Position numbers and translations under genes: made by a program
The notes under the pieces: model-generated
Seen by the model: the letters and a program-made list of their open reading frames with translations, nothing else
What the model was told of the DNA's origin: nothing
Database searches by the model: none
In this document: positions 9,820 to 18,993 of the stretch, piece after piece
Layout of the letters: every line of letters starts with the position of its first letter
Position numbering within the stretch: the first letter of the stretch is position 1
From: Terrimicrobiaceae bacterium
GTDB taxonomy: Bacteria; Verrucomicrobiota; Verrucomicrobiia; Chthoniobacterales; Terrimicrobiaceae
Direction: 5' to 3'
Assembly: GCA_044342325.1 (NCBI GenBank)
Contig: JBIIPZ010000019.1
Coordinates: 1 to 50,767, forward strand
Length of the DNA stretch: 50,767 nt

Positions 9820-9852
9820 ACCGCAAAACAAGACTGGAACTTGTTTTGCGGT
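9820..9852. promoter_or_regulatory. perfect 13-bp inverted repeat, candidate operator or hairpin
   Basis: ACCGCAAAACAAG-actggaa-CTTGTTTTGCGGT in the intergenic gap between the vWA gene and 9293..9694. Confidence 0.5.
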
Positions 9853-9913
9853 TCACTGTCTGATTGGACTGCTCAGTCGAGGGTCTTTTCGAGCAGGAGT
9901 GAGGCGGATCCGT

Positions 9914-11272
9914 TCAGGGCTCTTTTTTCTCTCCGGCTGCGGGGTCTTTCGGCAGGGGCTTTTTCGAGTAGGAGGGAGCCTGCTCGTCCAGCGTCCAAGA
10001 GGCCATGCTTTTCATTTTCCGCATGTGGCTTGAACGGAATTTGGAGGCTCTACTGGAACGGGTGTCGAGACCTCCGTGGATTTCGAGCGTTTGTAGGAGG
10101 GACTCGAGGGCTTGAATTCCATCGGCGGCCTTGGATTCGTTGCCGAAGGATCGGATTTTTTCGAGAGCCTGCTTGAGGATGAGGATGGCATCCTGAACTC
10201 TGTTCTCATTTGCGGCTTGTGTTGCCTTGTCCACCGCAAGTCCAGCGCACTGCGTGGCGACTGCGGGAATAACATCCTCGTTGAGCCTTATATCTGCAGG
10301 ATCCTGCGTCTGGAGGATGCGGATGGTCTGGGTGTGCGTGCGCGAGGCCAGCGAGGGGCTGGTGAGATCGTCCCAAAGAATCTCGAGCTCGAGCAGGCGC
10401 TCGCCTTCGAGCGTTGCCGCTGCCGTGCCATCTGGCAGTAGTGGCAGCGGGAGGACATCCAGGTGGAAGGCCAATGTGGCCGACTCGTCGCTGGTGAGGT
10501 CACCGAGGGAAATCTCCACGCGGCCATCTGGGAGGGGAACCGAGCGGAAGGAGGCGTAAAGGCTCCAAGCCTCGCAGAAATCGAGTTTTCGGACTCGAAC
10601 ACGCACATTTTGGCATGCTGTGCGCTGCAGCCCCTCGAGCTCCGACTCAAAAATAGCAGGGAGTTTTTCCGGTGAATTAGCGTCGTAGAAGTTTCCTCCC
10701 GAAGTTGTGGCCAGTGTTTCGAGGAGGTTTTCATCGTAGCTTTCGCCGAAGCCGAGCGTGGATGTGCGGATCTGAGAGCGCTCGAGGCCATCGCACACTA
10801 TGCGGGAAACCTCGGGTTGGTCGATGATGCCACGATTGAGCAGGCCATCACTCAAAAGCAGGGTGCGGCGCGCGGCGGTATCCGCCGTTTTACGGAGTTC
10901 GTCGCGGCCGAGCATCCAGCCAGCACAAAGGTTGGTGCAGCCCCTGTCTTGAATCCGGCGCACCGCTTCAATGGCCCGGGCCTTGTTGTGGACCGTCGCC
11001 ATCGGCAGCACAACCTCGGCGGTGTCATCAAAGGTGACGAGTGCGAATTGGTCGGAGGCGCGAAGATTTCGAATGATGCCTTCGCAGGCCGCCTTGGCAT
11101 GCGCCAACGGGCGTCCAGCCATAGAGCCGCTGCGGTCCAGAATGGCGCAGAAGTTCATCGGGCTTCGTTCTCCGGCTTCGGCGAAAGGCGCTGTGAGTTC
11201 GAGGGCGAGATGCACGGGGCATCCCTGGTTGGCGAGGATTGTGGAGTGGTCGATCTAGGCTTGGATTTTCAT
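9914..11272 (-). CDS. von Willebrand factor A domain protein (YfbK/Ca-activated chloride channel homolog type) with in-frame TAG at codon 6
   Basis: MIDAS motif DRSGSM, plus TNL and LLSDG. ATG at 11272 reads MKIQA*IDHSTILANQGCPVHL, in frame with the GTG at 11215 used by the track. Confidence 0.8.
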
Positions 11273-11666
11273 TTGTTTGTCTTTGTGGTTCTGTGTTCTT
11301 CGTTTAGTGGGCTGTGGGTAGGCGGCTCAGTTTCCTTTTGGACGACTGTCCGCAGGATAAATCGAGCGGGTGTGTGCGAGTGTTCGAATGCTTGCAAAGG
11401 TGGGCTTCGACTTTTCCGGAATGAAAAGAAACTCGCTCTGCCATGCGAAAGGGCTTCTGGATTGGCTATGCAGGTGGGTGCGGCGTATCGCCGAGTCGAT
11501 GAGCTTTAGGAGTTCTGTGATCATTTCGAGTGAAAGCTTATCAACCCCGATCAGACATCCGCTGGGGGAGGAAAAAAATTTCTTAAAAATTTTCCGCCTT
11601 GGGATTGAGGCCCTCTGGCGGTATCCGAGGTTGCTTTTTGACTTCAGAAGAAACGAAACTCTGCGC

Positions 11667-12047
11667 ATGGGATTTTTAAGTGCGCTGATTGGCAATGCTT
11701 CTGAGGTCGATGCCTCGAAACTCGAAAAGGAATTCTCCGAACTCCTCATAGACGATGAGGAAATTCAGCATGCCTACAAACTTTTCCGTGATCTGGTCGT
11801 ATTCACCAATTTCCGGTTGTTTCTTGTGAACAAGCAGGGCATGACCGGAAAGAAGCGGGAATACACCTGCGTGCCCTACAAGAGCATCGATTACTTTACT
11901 AAGGAAACAGCCGGGCACTTTGATCTCGATGCCGAGATCAAGATCTGGATCAAGAGCCGCTCGGAGCCCGTCATTTTAGAGTTCAGAAAAGACGCCCACA
12001 TCCACGATGTTTTTCGAGTGCTGAGTTCCTACAGTCTTGCGACTTGA
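11667..12047 (+). CDS. bacterial PH domain protein (YvbH/bPH_1-like)
   Basis: MGFLSALIGNAS...RDLVVFTNFRLFLVNKQGMTGKK...ETAGHFDLDAE; real start is ATG 11667, not 11370. Confidence 0.85.
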   Translation: MGFLSALIGNASEVDASKLEKEFSELLIDDEEIQHAYKLFRDLVVFTNFRLFLVNKQGMTGKKREYTCVPYKSIDYFTKETAGHFDLDAEIKIWIKSRSEPVILEFRKDAHIHDVFRVLSSYSLAT

Positions 12048-12082
12048 CCTGATTTCGAGTCGCTGTGACTCGGGAGGGGAAG

Positions 12083-12156
12083 TGGAGCGGGTAGAGGGAA
12101 TCGAACCCTCATGGCCTGCTTGGAAGGCAGGAACTTTACCACTAAGCTATACCCGC
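12083..12156 (-). tRNA. tRNA-Gly (TCC)
   Basis: Cloverleaf GCGGGTA...CCTGC-CTTCCAA-GCAGG...GGTTCGATTCC...CCGCTCCA; CCA encoded. Confidence 0.96.
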
Positions 12157-12169
12157 AATTGCTGTGAGC

Positions 12170-12197
12170 AGATTATTCCTGAGTGAGACGAAGTCAA
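12170..12197 (-). promoter_or_regulatory. sigma70-like promoter of tRNA-Gly
   Basis: TTGACT-N16-TAATCT, 13 nt upstream of the tRNA. Confidence 0.45.
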
Positions 12198-12307
12198 ACC
12201 GAAAAACGAAAAGTTATCGTGACTGTGGCGGTGGTGCACACGGGTCGGAATCTGATCCGGGCATGTTCTTTTTAGGCTTCGATCGTGAGTTGCTGGCCAG
12301 CTTCGTT

Positions 12308-13876
12308 TTATTCCCACTCGATGGTGGCGGGTGGTTTGCTGGAGATGTCGTAGCAGACGCGGTTCACACCCTTGACCTCGTTGATGACGCGGGCGGAGAT
12401 GCGCGCAAGGATTTCCTGCGGCATGCGGACCCAATCGGCAGTCATGCCGTCATGACTGTTAACGATGCGAAGGGCGATGGTGTAGTCATAGGTTCGCTCG
12501 TCGCCCATGACGCCCACTGAGCGCACGGGCAGGAGAACGGCGAAGGATTGCCAGACTTTGTAATACCACTCAGAGGCTCTCATTTCCTCGATCACGATGG
12601 CATCGGCCTCGCGCACGATGCGCAAGCGCTCTGGAGTAATGGCTCCGATGATGCGGACGGCGAGTCCAGGGCCTGGGAATGGCTGGCGGTGGACGATTTC
12701 CTTGGAGAGTCCGAGTTCCTCGCCGACGCGGCGGACCTCGTCTTTAAAAAGTTGGCGCAGGGGTTCCACGAGCTCGAATTTCATGCGCTCGGGGAGGCCG
12801 CCGACATTGTGGTGGCTCTTGATGAGGGCGGCGGGATTTCCAGAAATGGAAACGCTCTCGATGACATCAGGGTAGAGGGTGCCTTGGGCTAGGAAACGGT
12901 AGTGGCCGGGATCGGTCTTCTTGAGGTCTTTGGCGGTGGCTTCGAAGACTTTGATGAATTCGTTGCCGATGATTTTGCGTTTCTTTTCGGGGTCGGTGAC
13001 GCCTTTGAGTTTTGTAAGAAACTGCTTGGAGGCATCCACCGTTTTCATGCGGATGCGGAACTCGCCGGCGAAGAGTTTTTCCACGGCAGCGCGTTCGTTG
13101 GCGCGGAGGAGGCCGTTATCAACGAAGATGCATGTCAGACGGTCGCCGATGGCTTTGTGCAGAAGTGCTGCGGCTACGGAGGAGTCCACGCCGCCGCTTA
13201 AGCCGAGGATGACGCTTCCATCGCCCACCTGCTCTTGGATTTCCCGGCAGGTGCGATCGATGAAGGACTCCATCGTCCAGTTGGATTTGCAGCCACAGAT
13301 GCGGTGGACAAAATTTGCGAGGATTTCGCCGCCGCGTGGTGTGTGGACGACTTCGGGATGGAATTGAAGGCCGTAGATGTTGCGCTTGGTGTCGCCGATG
13401 ACTGCGTGCGGGGAGTTTTCCGTTTTGCCAAGCGGACGGAAGCCTGTCGGGAGCTTGGTGATTTTGTCCCCGTGGCTGTTCCAGACATCCAGCGTGGCGG
13501 GAAGTTTGTGGAAGAGGTCGCACTTGGCGTCTCCTTTGAGTTTGCCGGGTCCGTATTCGCGTTCGGTCGATCGTTCGACCTTGCCGCCTAGGCCATGGGC
13601 GATGAGTTGCATGCCGTAGCAGATGCCGAGCACTGGAACACCGAGATCATATATTTTGCGATCCACTTGTGGAGCCTTGGGAGCGTAAACGCTGGCCGGA
13701 CCGCCGGAGAGAATGATGCCTGATGGCTTCAGCTTCGCAATGGCGGATGCCTTCGTGTGGTAGGGGACAATCTCGGAGTAAACTTGGCACTCCCGAACGC
13801 GGCGGGCAATGACCTGGGTGTATTGTGAACCGAAATCCAGAATGAGGATTTTATCCCCGGCGGGTTGTTGCGGCAT
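12308..13876 (-). CDS. guaA: GMP synthase (glutamine-hydrolysing)
   Basis: [47 protein letters not shown]. Confidence 0.98.
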   Translation of the reverse strand: MPQQPAGDKILILDFGSQYTQVIARRVRECQVYSEIVPYHTKASAIAKLKPSGIILSGGPASVYAPKAPQVDRKIYDLGVPVLGICYGMQLIAHGLGGKVERSTEREYGPGKLKGDAKCDLFHKLPATLDVWNSHGDKITKLPTGFRPLGKTENSPHAVIGDTKRNIYGLQFHPEVVHTPRGGEILANFVHRICGCKSNWTMESFIDRTCREIQEQVGDGSVILGLSGGVDSSVAAALLHKAIGDRLTCIFVDNGLLRANERAAVEKLFAGEFRIRMKTVDASKQFLTKLKGVTDPEKKRKIIGNEFIKVFEATAKDLKKTDPGHYRFLAQGTLYPDVIESVSISGNPAALIKSHHNVGGLPERMKFELVEPLRQLFKDEVRRVGEELGLSKEIVHRQPFPGPGLAVRIIGAITPERLRIVREADAIVIEEMRASEWYYKVWQSFAVLLPVRSVGVMGDERTYDYTIALRIVNSHDGMTADWVRMPQEILARISARVINEVKGVNRVCYDISSKPPATIEWE

Positions 13877-13885
13877 GGCTTGGGC

Positions 13886-14062
13886 TTATCTGTAGTCTGG
13901 GCCAAAATCGTCGGAGAGTGTGTCGTTCGGGACGATCTTTCCACGCCCTTGGATTCCCTCTTGAAACTTCTCGCCGACATCCTCGGCTGACTGCTCTGAA
14001 ATGGCACAGCCGCCCAGTAGAAGCAAAATTTGTAATGACAAAATAAAGAACACGCCTTTCAT
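13886..14062 (-). CDS. small lipoprotein (58 aa), missed by the ORF track
   Basis: Manual translation: MKGVFFILSLQILLLLGGC-AISEQSAEDVGEKFQEGIQGRGKIVPNDTLSDDFGPDYR*; lipobox LGGC; ends 9 bp upstream of guaA. Confidence 0.75.
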   Translation of the reverse strand: MKGVFFILSLQILLLLGGCAISEQSAEDVGEKFQEGIQGRGKIVPNDTLSDDFGPDYR

Positions 14063-14093
14063 AAGACGCGCACGTTATTCATTCCTCCCAACC

Positions 14094-14672
14094 ATGGCAA
14101 ACATGATTCCTCCCGAGCTTTTGCTTGATTTCTATCGCAAGGGAATTTTCCCAATGGCGGTGGATGGTGAGACGCGTTTGTTCTCACCGAATCCGAGGGG
14201 CATTATTCCTCTGGACGAGTTTCGTATTCCCCATGGCACTCGCAAGACGCTCAAGGATCCGGTCTGGGAGCTGCGCTTGGATACCGCTTTTGACCAAGTC
14301 ATGCTCGGATGTTCCGAACGCGAGGAAACTTGGATCGACGAGGGGATTTTTCAAAGCTACACAGCACTTCATAATCTCGGCCATGCACACTCTGTTGAGA
14401 TTTGGCGTGATGGAAATCTGGCCGGCGGGCTCTACGGAGTCCAAATCGGCGGGGCCTTTTTTGGCGAGTCCATGTTCCACCGCGTGCCGGGAGCTTCTAA
14501 GGTTGCCATCTGCCGCCTTGTCGAAATGATGCGCAAGGGCGGATTCCTGCTGCTCGATACGCAGTGGGTGACCCCGCACTTGGAGAAATTCGGTGCACGG
14601 GAAATTGCTCGAGCGAATTATCTGGTGATGTTGAACGATGCGGTAAAAAAAAATGCCTTGCTCTCATGCTGA
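14094..14672 (+). CDS. aat: leucyl/phenylalanyl-tRNA--protein transferase
   Basis: YRKGIFPM, PRGIIP, ETWI, GHAHSVE, GGLYGV..GGAFFGESMF, LLDTQ; start trimmed to ATG 14094. Confidence 0.95.
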   Translation: MANMIPPELLLDFYRKGIFPMAVDGETRLFSPNPRGIIPLDEFRIPHGTRKTLKDPVWELRLDTAFDQVMLGCSEREETWIDEGIFQSYTALHNLGHAHSVEIWRDGNLAGGLYGVQIGGAFFGESMFHRVPGASKVAICRLVEMMRKGGFLLLDTQWVTPHLEKFGAREIARANYLVMLNDAVKKNALLSC

Positions 14673-14824
14673 GCCGTAGAACGCGGGTAGGGGACGCCCG
14701 GAGCGATCTGCGAGTGATTGTTGGTTGCACCTCTTCCTAGGCTTTTCTCGCACCAAGCCTGAAAAATAATCAACGCCGCGATTGTCAACCTCACCAATCT
14801 CCGTTATCAACACTCCTCGCTTAT

Positions 14825-14912
14825 GGATGGGTGGCAGAGTGGTCGATTGCGCACGCCTGGAAAGCGTGTATACCGAAAGGTATCGGGGGTTCGAATCCCC
14901 CCCCATCCGCCA
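14825..14912 (+). tRNA. tRNA-Ser (GGA)
   Basis: GGATGGG...CACGC-CTGGAAA-GCGTG, long variable arm, GGTTCGAATCC, ends GCCA. Confidence 0.96.
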
Positions 14913-15141
14913 GTGTATTGTTTATGCGGGTCTTCGGGTTTTTAGGGGGGCGAAAAACGGTAAAGTGGGAAGTAGAGTGTGATATCGTCCCGCAGACTCT
15001 TCTTCTTTTCATAGATGCTTTCTGAGGCATTTTAAAAACGTTCTCTCCGTCGATGATCCACTTTCGCTCCACGATTTTTTTTGCTGGGGGCAGTCGCTGA
15101 AGTAGGTCTCAAAGCAAGCTGAGTGAGAAATCAATCTCAGG

Positions 15142-15161
15142 TGACAAAATCTGACAAAATC
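15142..15161. repeat. tandem direct repeat (TGACAAAATC)x2
   Basis: Exact 10-bp duplication between the two convergent tRNA 3' ends. Confidence 0.6.
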
Positions 15162-15265
15162 GTGTCCTCAAAACGACCGCTTATGGCCGCCTCCGAAAAA
15201 AATACAAAAGCCCGCAGAGCTAGGTTTCATGCGGTTTCAGAGGGGGGAATGCCACTCAAAAAAAG

Positions 15266-15340
15266 TGGCTCCTGAGGTAGGACTCGAACCTACGACCAAT
15301 CGGTTAACAGCCGACCGCTCTACCACTGAGCTACTCAGGA
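15266..15340 (-). tRNA. tRNA-Asn (GTT)
   Basis: TCCTGAG...TCGG-CTGTTAA-CCGA...GGTTCGAGTCC...GGAGCCA. Confidence 0.96.
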
Positions 15341-15411
15341 TCGAAAAGGGACGCAAAGTAAAGCTCGGGCGAGTTCTTTTGACAAGGGGAAAATCTGAAA
15401 AAGTTGGAGCC

Positions 15412-15846
15412 TCACTTTACCAGTGAGGTCCCCCATGCGATTGCGAGTGCAAAGCCGAGGCAGTAGGGGATGACTCCCAGTGAGAGGCTGAGAAATGTTT
15501 TCAGCGGACGCTCACCCACGGCGAGTGCTAAGATGCATCCGGTTTGGGGACCGATGGTCAGCGGTGCGAGCAAGCCGAGTCCGATGAGGCCGAAGCGGGA
15601 CCAGGCTTTCCAAATCCACTTTTCGGGATCTCGCTCGAGGGGAATATGGAGTTTTCTTGCGACCCAGCTTCTGGCTGGTGTCCCGAGGAGGAGCATCACA
15701 GCGGCTCCTGCCGTGTAGCCGAGCCATGCAGTAAAAGCGGCGAGCCATATAGGGAGACCAGCTGCAACGCCACCGGGGACGGCTCCGACAAAGTAGAAGA
15801 AACCAAGCGTGAATGCTGCCGTGAGGCCTCCCGTGTAAGCCATCAT
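15412..15846 (-). CDS. small multi-pass membrane protein
   Basis: Several hydrophobic segments; G..GLGLLAPLTIGP motif; overlaps the upstream stop. Confidence 0.75.
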   Translation of the reverse strand: MMAYTGGLTAAFTLGFFYFVGAVPGGVAAGLPIWLAAFTAWLGYTAGAAVMLLLGTPARSWVARKLHIPLERDPEKWIWKAWSRFGLIGLGLLAPLTIGPQTGCILALAVGERPLKTFLSLSLGVIPYCLGFALAIAWGTSLVK

Positions 15847-16589
15847 TTGTCTCCAACATCGACCTTGATCGGCATGGTTTCAAGGAGGTCGGAGATTTCC
15901 GATGGGTTTGTGAAAAGGTAATCCGGCGCGGCTTCGGTGAGGGCCGGGGTGCTGTTGTAGCCCCAAGTTACAGCGGCGATGTGCACACCTGTTTCCTGGG
16001 CGGCCTCGATGTCGCGCAGTTCGTCGCCGACGAAAAAAATCTCACGTGGCTTGAGTTGAAATTCCCTCATGAGGCGGCGAAGCACGCTGCCTTTCCCGAG
16101 GAGCTTGGATGAGCTTTTGATGAAGTCGAAAATCTCGAGATCATGGTTTTTCAAAAAGGCTCTGACATTCGCTTCGGAGTTCGATGTGAGGATGCCCAAC
16201 CGAAATCCCATGGCGCTGAGTTTTCGAACGAGTTCAGGCATCTCGGGGAGGGGAACGATCGAGTCCATGCGTTTGCCGATCTCCTCGGTGCCACGCTTGG
16301 AAATGTGCGGCAGCTTCATGCGGGGAATGCCGAGATGTTTCATGAGCCCTCGTGTGGAGAGGTCGCGGGCGAGGGAGACTTCCTCGGGTGGGAGTGGACG
16401 GAAGCGAAACTCGGCGGCAAGAATGTTTAGAATCTCGATTCCAGCTGAAAAAGTGTCTGCCAAAGTGCCGTCGAAGTCGAATAGCACATAGCGCGGGGGA
16501 TTTTGCAAAGGCCCAGCGGGACCAACGCGGCGGCGTCCGCCCCTCAGGACGAAACGCGCCAACCGTCTGACCCGTGAGCGTTTTTTCAT
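15843..16589 (-). CDS. HAD-family hydrolase (phosphoglycolate phosphatase-like)
   Basis: FDFDGTLAD, ILTSN, FVGDELRDIEAA, VTWGY. Confidence 0.92.
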   Translation of the reverse strand: MKKRSRVRRLARFVLRGGRRRVGPAGPLQNPPRYVLFDFDGTLADTFSAGIEILNILAAEFRFRPLPPEEVSLARDLSTRGLMKHLGIPRMKLPHISKRGTEEIGKRMDSIVPLPEMPELVRKLSAMGFRLGILTSNSEANVRAFLKNHDLEIFDFIKSSSKLLGKGSVLRRLMREFQLKPREIFFVGDELRDIEAAQETGVHIAAVTWGYNSTPALTEAAPDYLFTNPSEISDLLETMPIKVDVGDK

Positions 16590-17620
16590 GCTGTCGCTTC
16601 TTCAGGCAGCACCATGGTTCCTTTGAATTTCGCTTCTTCGGGTTCGAGGCCGAAATTGGCATCAACGAGTTTTTGGATGCGGCTGACCTCCTCGTCGCTC
16701 AGCGGGACTTGGTCAGGGGCTGCGGAAAATTCGGTGATCTGCTCCTCGTCGTATATATTCGGCAGCACGCAGGCGGTGCGCTGGTCGCGGAGGAGCCATT
16801 GGATAGCGGCTTGCCCGAGCGTGCGTCCGTCGTGCTCGAGGAAACGGAGTTGCTCGACTTTGCGCACGCCATTGATGAGCCAAGTGCGGGGACGGTGGCG
16901 GCGGTGGTCGTTCTCGGCGAAAACCGTGTCCTCCGTGTATTTGCCTTCAAGCATTCCGGAAGAGTGGGGGACGCGGATGAGGAACATCGTATTGGTCCCT
17001 GCCGCTTCTGCTGCATTCTGGATCGTGCGGCCAGGCTCTTGCTCGAGGAGATTGTAAATATGCTGCACGACGGCCGGCTTGCGGCGGCGGATGGCCAGCA
17101 CGCCTTCAGCCATCCAGCCGATGGCAGGCCCAAGAGCCACACCATAGAAACCGATTTTTCCTTCGGCGCGGAGGTCTTCCATAGTCGCCCAGATGGCGTC
17201 GTCATCGACCTGCTCCATGCGGATGTTGTGGAGTTGCATGATGTCGATGCGCTCGGCACCGAGACGCTTGAGGGCGGCATCTGTTGCAGCGCGTAGGTTG
17301 GCGGGCGAGAAGTCCTGGGGAATCTCGCGCTGGCCGCGGCGTCCATCGCCATGGTTTACGAAATCGTAGCCGATCTTGGTGGCGATTACGATGTCATCGA
17401 GTCGGCCCGCGAAGGCTTTTGCGATGAGGTCTTCGCTGCGGCCGTTGCCGTAGGTGTCGGCGGCATCGAAAAGTGTGATGCCCTTGTCCCTCGCAGAGTG
17501 CATGAGGCGCACGGCTTGTTCGTCCGAGTAGTCGCCCCACCATCCGGTCGAGAGCGTCCAGAGACCAAAACCCACCTCGCTGACCTTGAGGTCCGAGCCG
17601 CAGAATTGACGATATTTCAT
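16586..17620 (-). CDS. aldo/keto reductase
   Basis: VSEVGFG, FDAADTYGNGRSE, IATKIG, LKRLGAERIDIMQLH; start at ATG 17620. Confidence 0.93.
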   Translation of the reverse strand: MKYRQFCGSDLKVSEVGFGLWTLSTGWWGDYSDEQAVRLMHSARDKGITLFDAADTYGNGRSEDLIAKAFAGRLDDIVIATKIGYDFVNHGDGRRGQREIPQDFSPANLRAATDAALKRLGAERIDIMQLHNIRMEQVDDDAIWATMEDLRAEGKIGFYGVALGPAIGWMAEGVLAIRRRKPAVVQHIYNLLEQEPGRTIQNAAEAAGTNTMFLIRVPHSSGMLEGKYTEDTVFAENDHRRHRPRTWLINGVRKVEQLRFLEHDGRTLGQAAIQWLLRDQRTACVLPNIYDEEQITEFSAAPDQVPLSDEEVSRIQKLVDANFGLEPEEAKFKGTMVLPEEATA

Positions 17621-17735
17621 ACGGTTTGAAATGTAGTTAAACCGTGGCGGGATGGCGAATCTTTCGTTTGAGGCTGAGCCTATACGAGAGAATCTGCTTT
17701 TCGTCGGCAGATCGGCGGTTAGATTTTCACGCCTT

Positions 17736-18173
17736 ATGCAAACAACCCTGATTCTTCTGAAACCCGACGCCATTACTGGGCACAAGGCCGGCGAGGTCTT
17801 GAAGCGCTTTGAGGACGCCGGCTTCCAGATTCGCGGATGCAAAATGTTCCGTGCCGATGAGAGCCTCCTGCGCGAGCACTATGCTCACATCGCCACGAAA
17901 CCATTCTTCCCCGAAGTGGAAGCCTTCATGGGCGCCACACCTCTCATCGCTGTCGCTCTGGCTGCGGACAATGCCGTGGATCGTGTGCGTGAGCTTCTCG
18001 GACCAACCGACTCCACGAAAGCCGCCAAGGGCACGATCCGTGGCGACTTTGGAACGACCATGATGAAAAACATCGCCCATGCCTCGGACAGTGCCGAAAG
18101 CGCGGAGGTCGAACTGAAGCGTTTCTTCAAGGACTGCGAGCTTTTCGACTACTCGATGACCCTCTCGGTCTGA
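17736..18173 (+). CDS. ndk: nucleoside diphosphate kinase
   Basis: TLILLKPDA, GTIRGDFG, NIAHASDS; start at ATG 17736. Confidence 0.97.
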   Translation: MQTTLILLKPDAITGHKAGEVLKRFEDAGFQIRGCKMFRADESLLREHYAHIATKPFFPEVEAFMGATPLIAVALAADNAVDRVRELLGPTDSTKAAKGTIRGDFGTTMMKNIAHASDSAESAEVELKRFFKDCELFDYSMTLSV

Positions 18174-18197
18174 GGAAACTCCCGCAAGAGATCTTGC

Positions 18198-18231
18198 AAA
18201 ATGCCAGCGTGCGAGCGCTGGCATTTTTTTT
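18198..18231. terminator. likely bidirectional intrinsic terminator
   Basis: AAAATGCCAGCG-tgcgag-CGCTGGCATTTT followed by a T-tract, between convergent ndk and the GlmU-like gene. Confidence 0.85.
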
Positions 18232-18234
18232 GTT

Positions 18235-18912
18235 TTAATTTTTCCTCGGAACGACCGAAAACTCCTGCCGCAGCTTGGCGATGTGACCCGCAGGGAGGTG
18301 TCCCCTCCATTGGCTGCCGGGATAGATTACGCTGTTGCGTCCGACGAGGGACCCAGGGCTGAGAACGCTGTTGCAGCCGATCTCGGCGTGGTCGCCGATG
18401 AGAGCGCCGAATTTTCTGAGGCCGGTGGAGATGGGGCCCTCGGCTGTGTGGATGGTCACTGGTGCCTTGTCGAGGCGCACATTCGAGAGAATGACGCCCG
18501 CGCCGAGGTGGGACTCGTAGCCGAGAATCGAGTCGCCGACATAGTTGAAGTGCGGAATCTGGGCCTTGTCGAAGACGAGGCAGTTTTTAAATTCCGAGGA
18601 ATTTCCTGCCACGACTCCGTCGCCGAGGATCACATTTTCGCGGATGTAACACCCATTTCGAATCTCACAGTTCTCGCCGATCCAAGCTGGACCTTTGATC
18701 ATGGCCCCTTGTTCGATGACCGTGCCTTTGCCGACAAATACAGCGCCGCTCACGAACGGCTTGCCGATGAGGCGGCCGTGTAGACCGGGTTTCATGCGGA
18801 ACTGGAGATAAGACGCGATCTTCGGCAGAACATCCCAGATATGCTCGGTGTTCTCAAAAAGGGCTTGGTGCTCGCAGTGGCTGAGATCAAAAAATTCGTC
18901 GATGGAAAACAT
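18235..18912 (-). CDS. hexapeptide-repeat acyltransferase (GlmU C-terminal-like)
   Basis: Left-handed beta-helix repeats; GNSSEFKN, PHFNYVGDSILG, TGLRKFGA, GCNSVL.PG. Confidence 0.88.
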   Translation of the reverse strand: MFSIDEFFDLSHCEHQALFENTEHIWDVLPKIASYLQFRMKPGLHGRLIGKPFVSGAVFVGKGTVIEQGAMIKGPAWIGENCEIRNGCYIRENVILGDGVVAGNSSEFKNCLVFDKAQIPHFNYVGDSILGYESHLGAGVILSNVRLDKAPVTIHTAEGPISTGLRKFGALIGDHAEIGCNSVLSPGSLVGRNSVIYPGSQWRGHLPAGHIAKLRQEFSVVPRKN

Positions 18913-18957
18913 GGTTTGTTGGGTTTTGGGAAAGAATGAAAATGCTCGTTAAAAAAC

Positions 18958-18984
18958 CTCTGTGTTCTCTGTGCCGTCTGTGGT
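18958..18984. repeat. 27-bp 9-nt-period intergenic repeat (CTCTGTGYY)3-like
   Basis: CTCTGTGTTCTCTGTGCCGTCTGTGGT; related copies at 42328-42354 (inverted) and 43995-44095 (interrupted). Confidence 0.7.
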
Positions 18985-18993
18985 CAATCATTC

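Noticed and set aside
11255..11257. Pyrrolysine or alternative-code reading of the vWA TAG
   Set aside because: No pyl genes or suppressor tRNA are in the window and TAG terminates other genes here (for example 3132..4715 and 37970..38338); a nonsense mutation or sequencing error is simpler.
11327..11524. Possible 65-aa minus-strand ORF upstream of the vWA gene
   Set aside because: No recognisable motif or independent support, so it was left uncalled.
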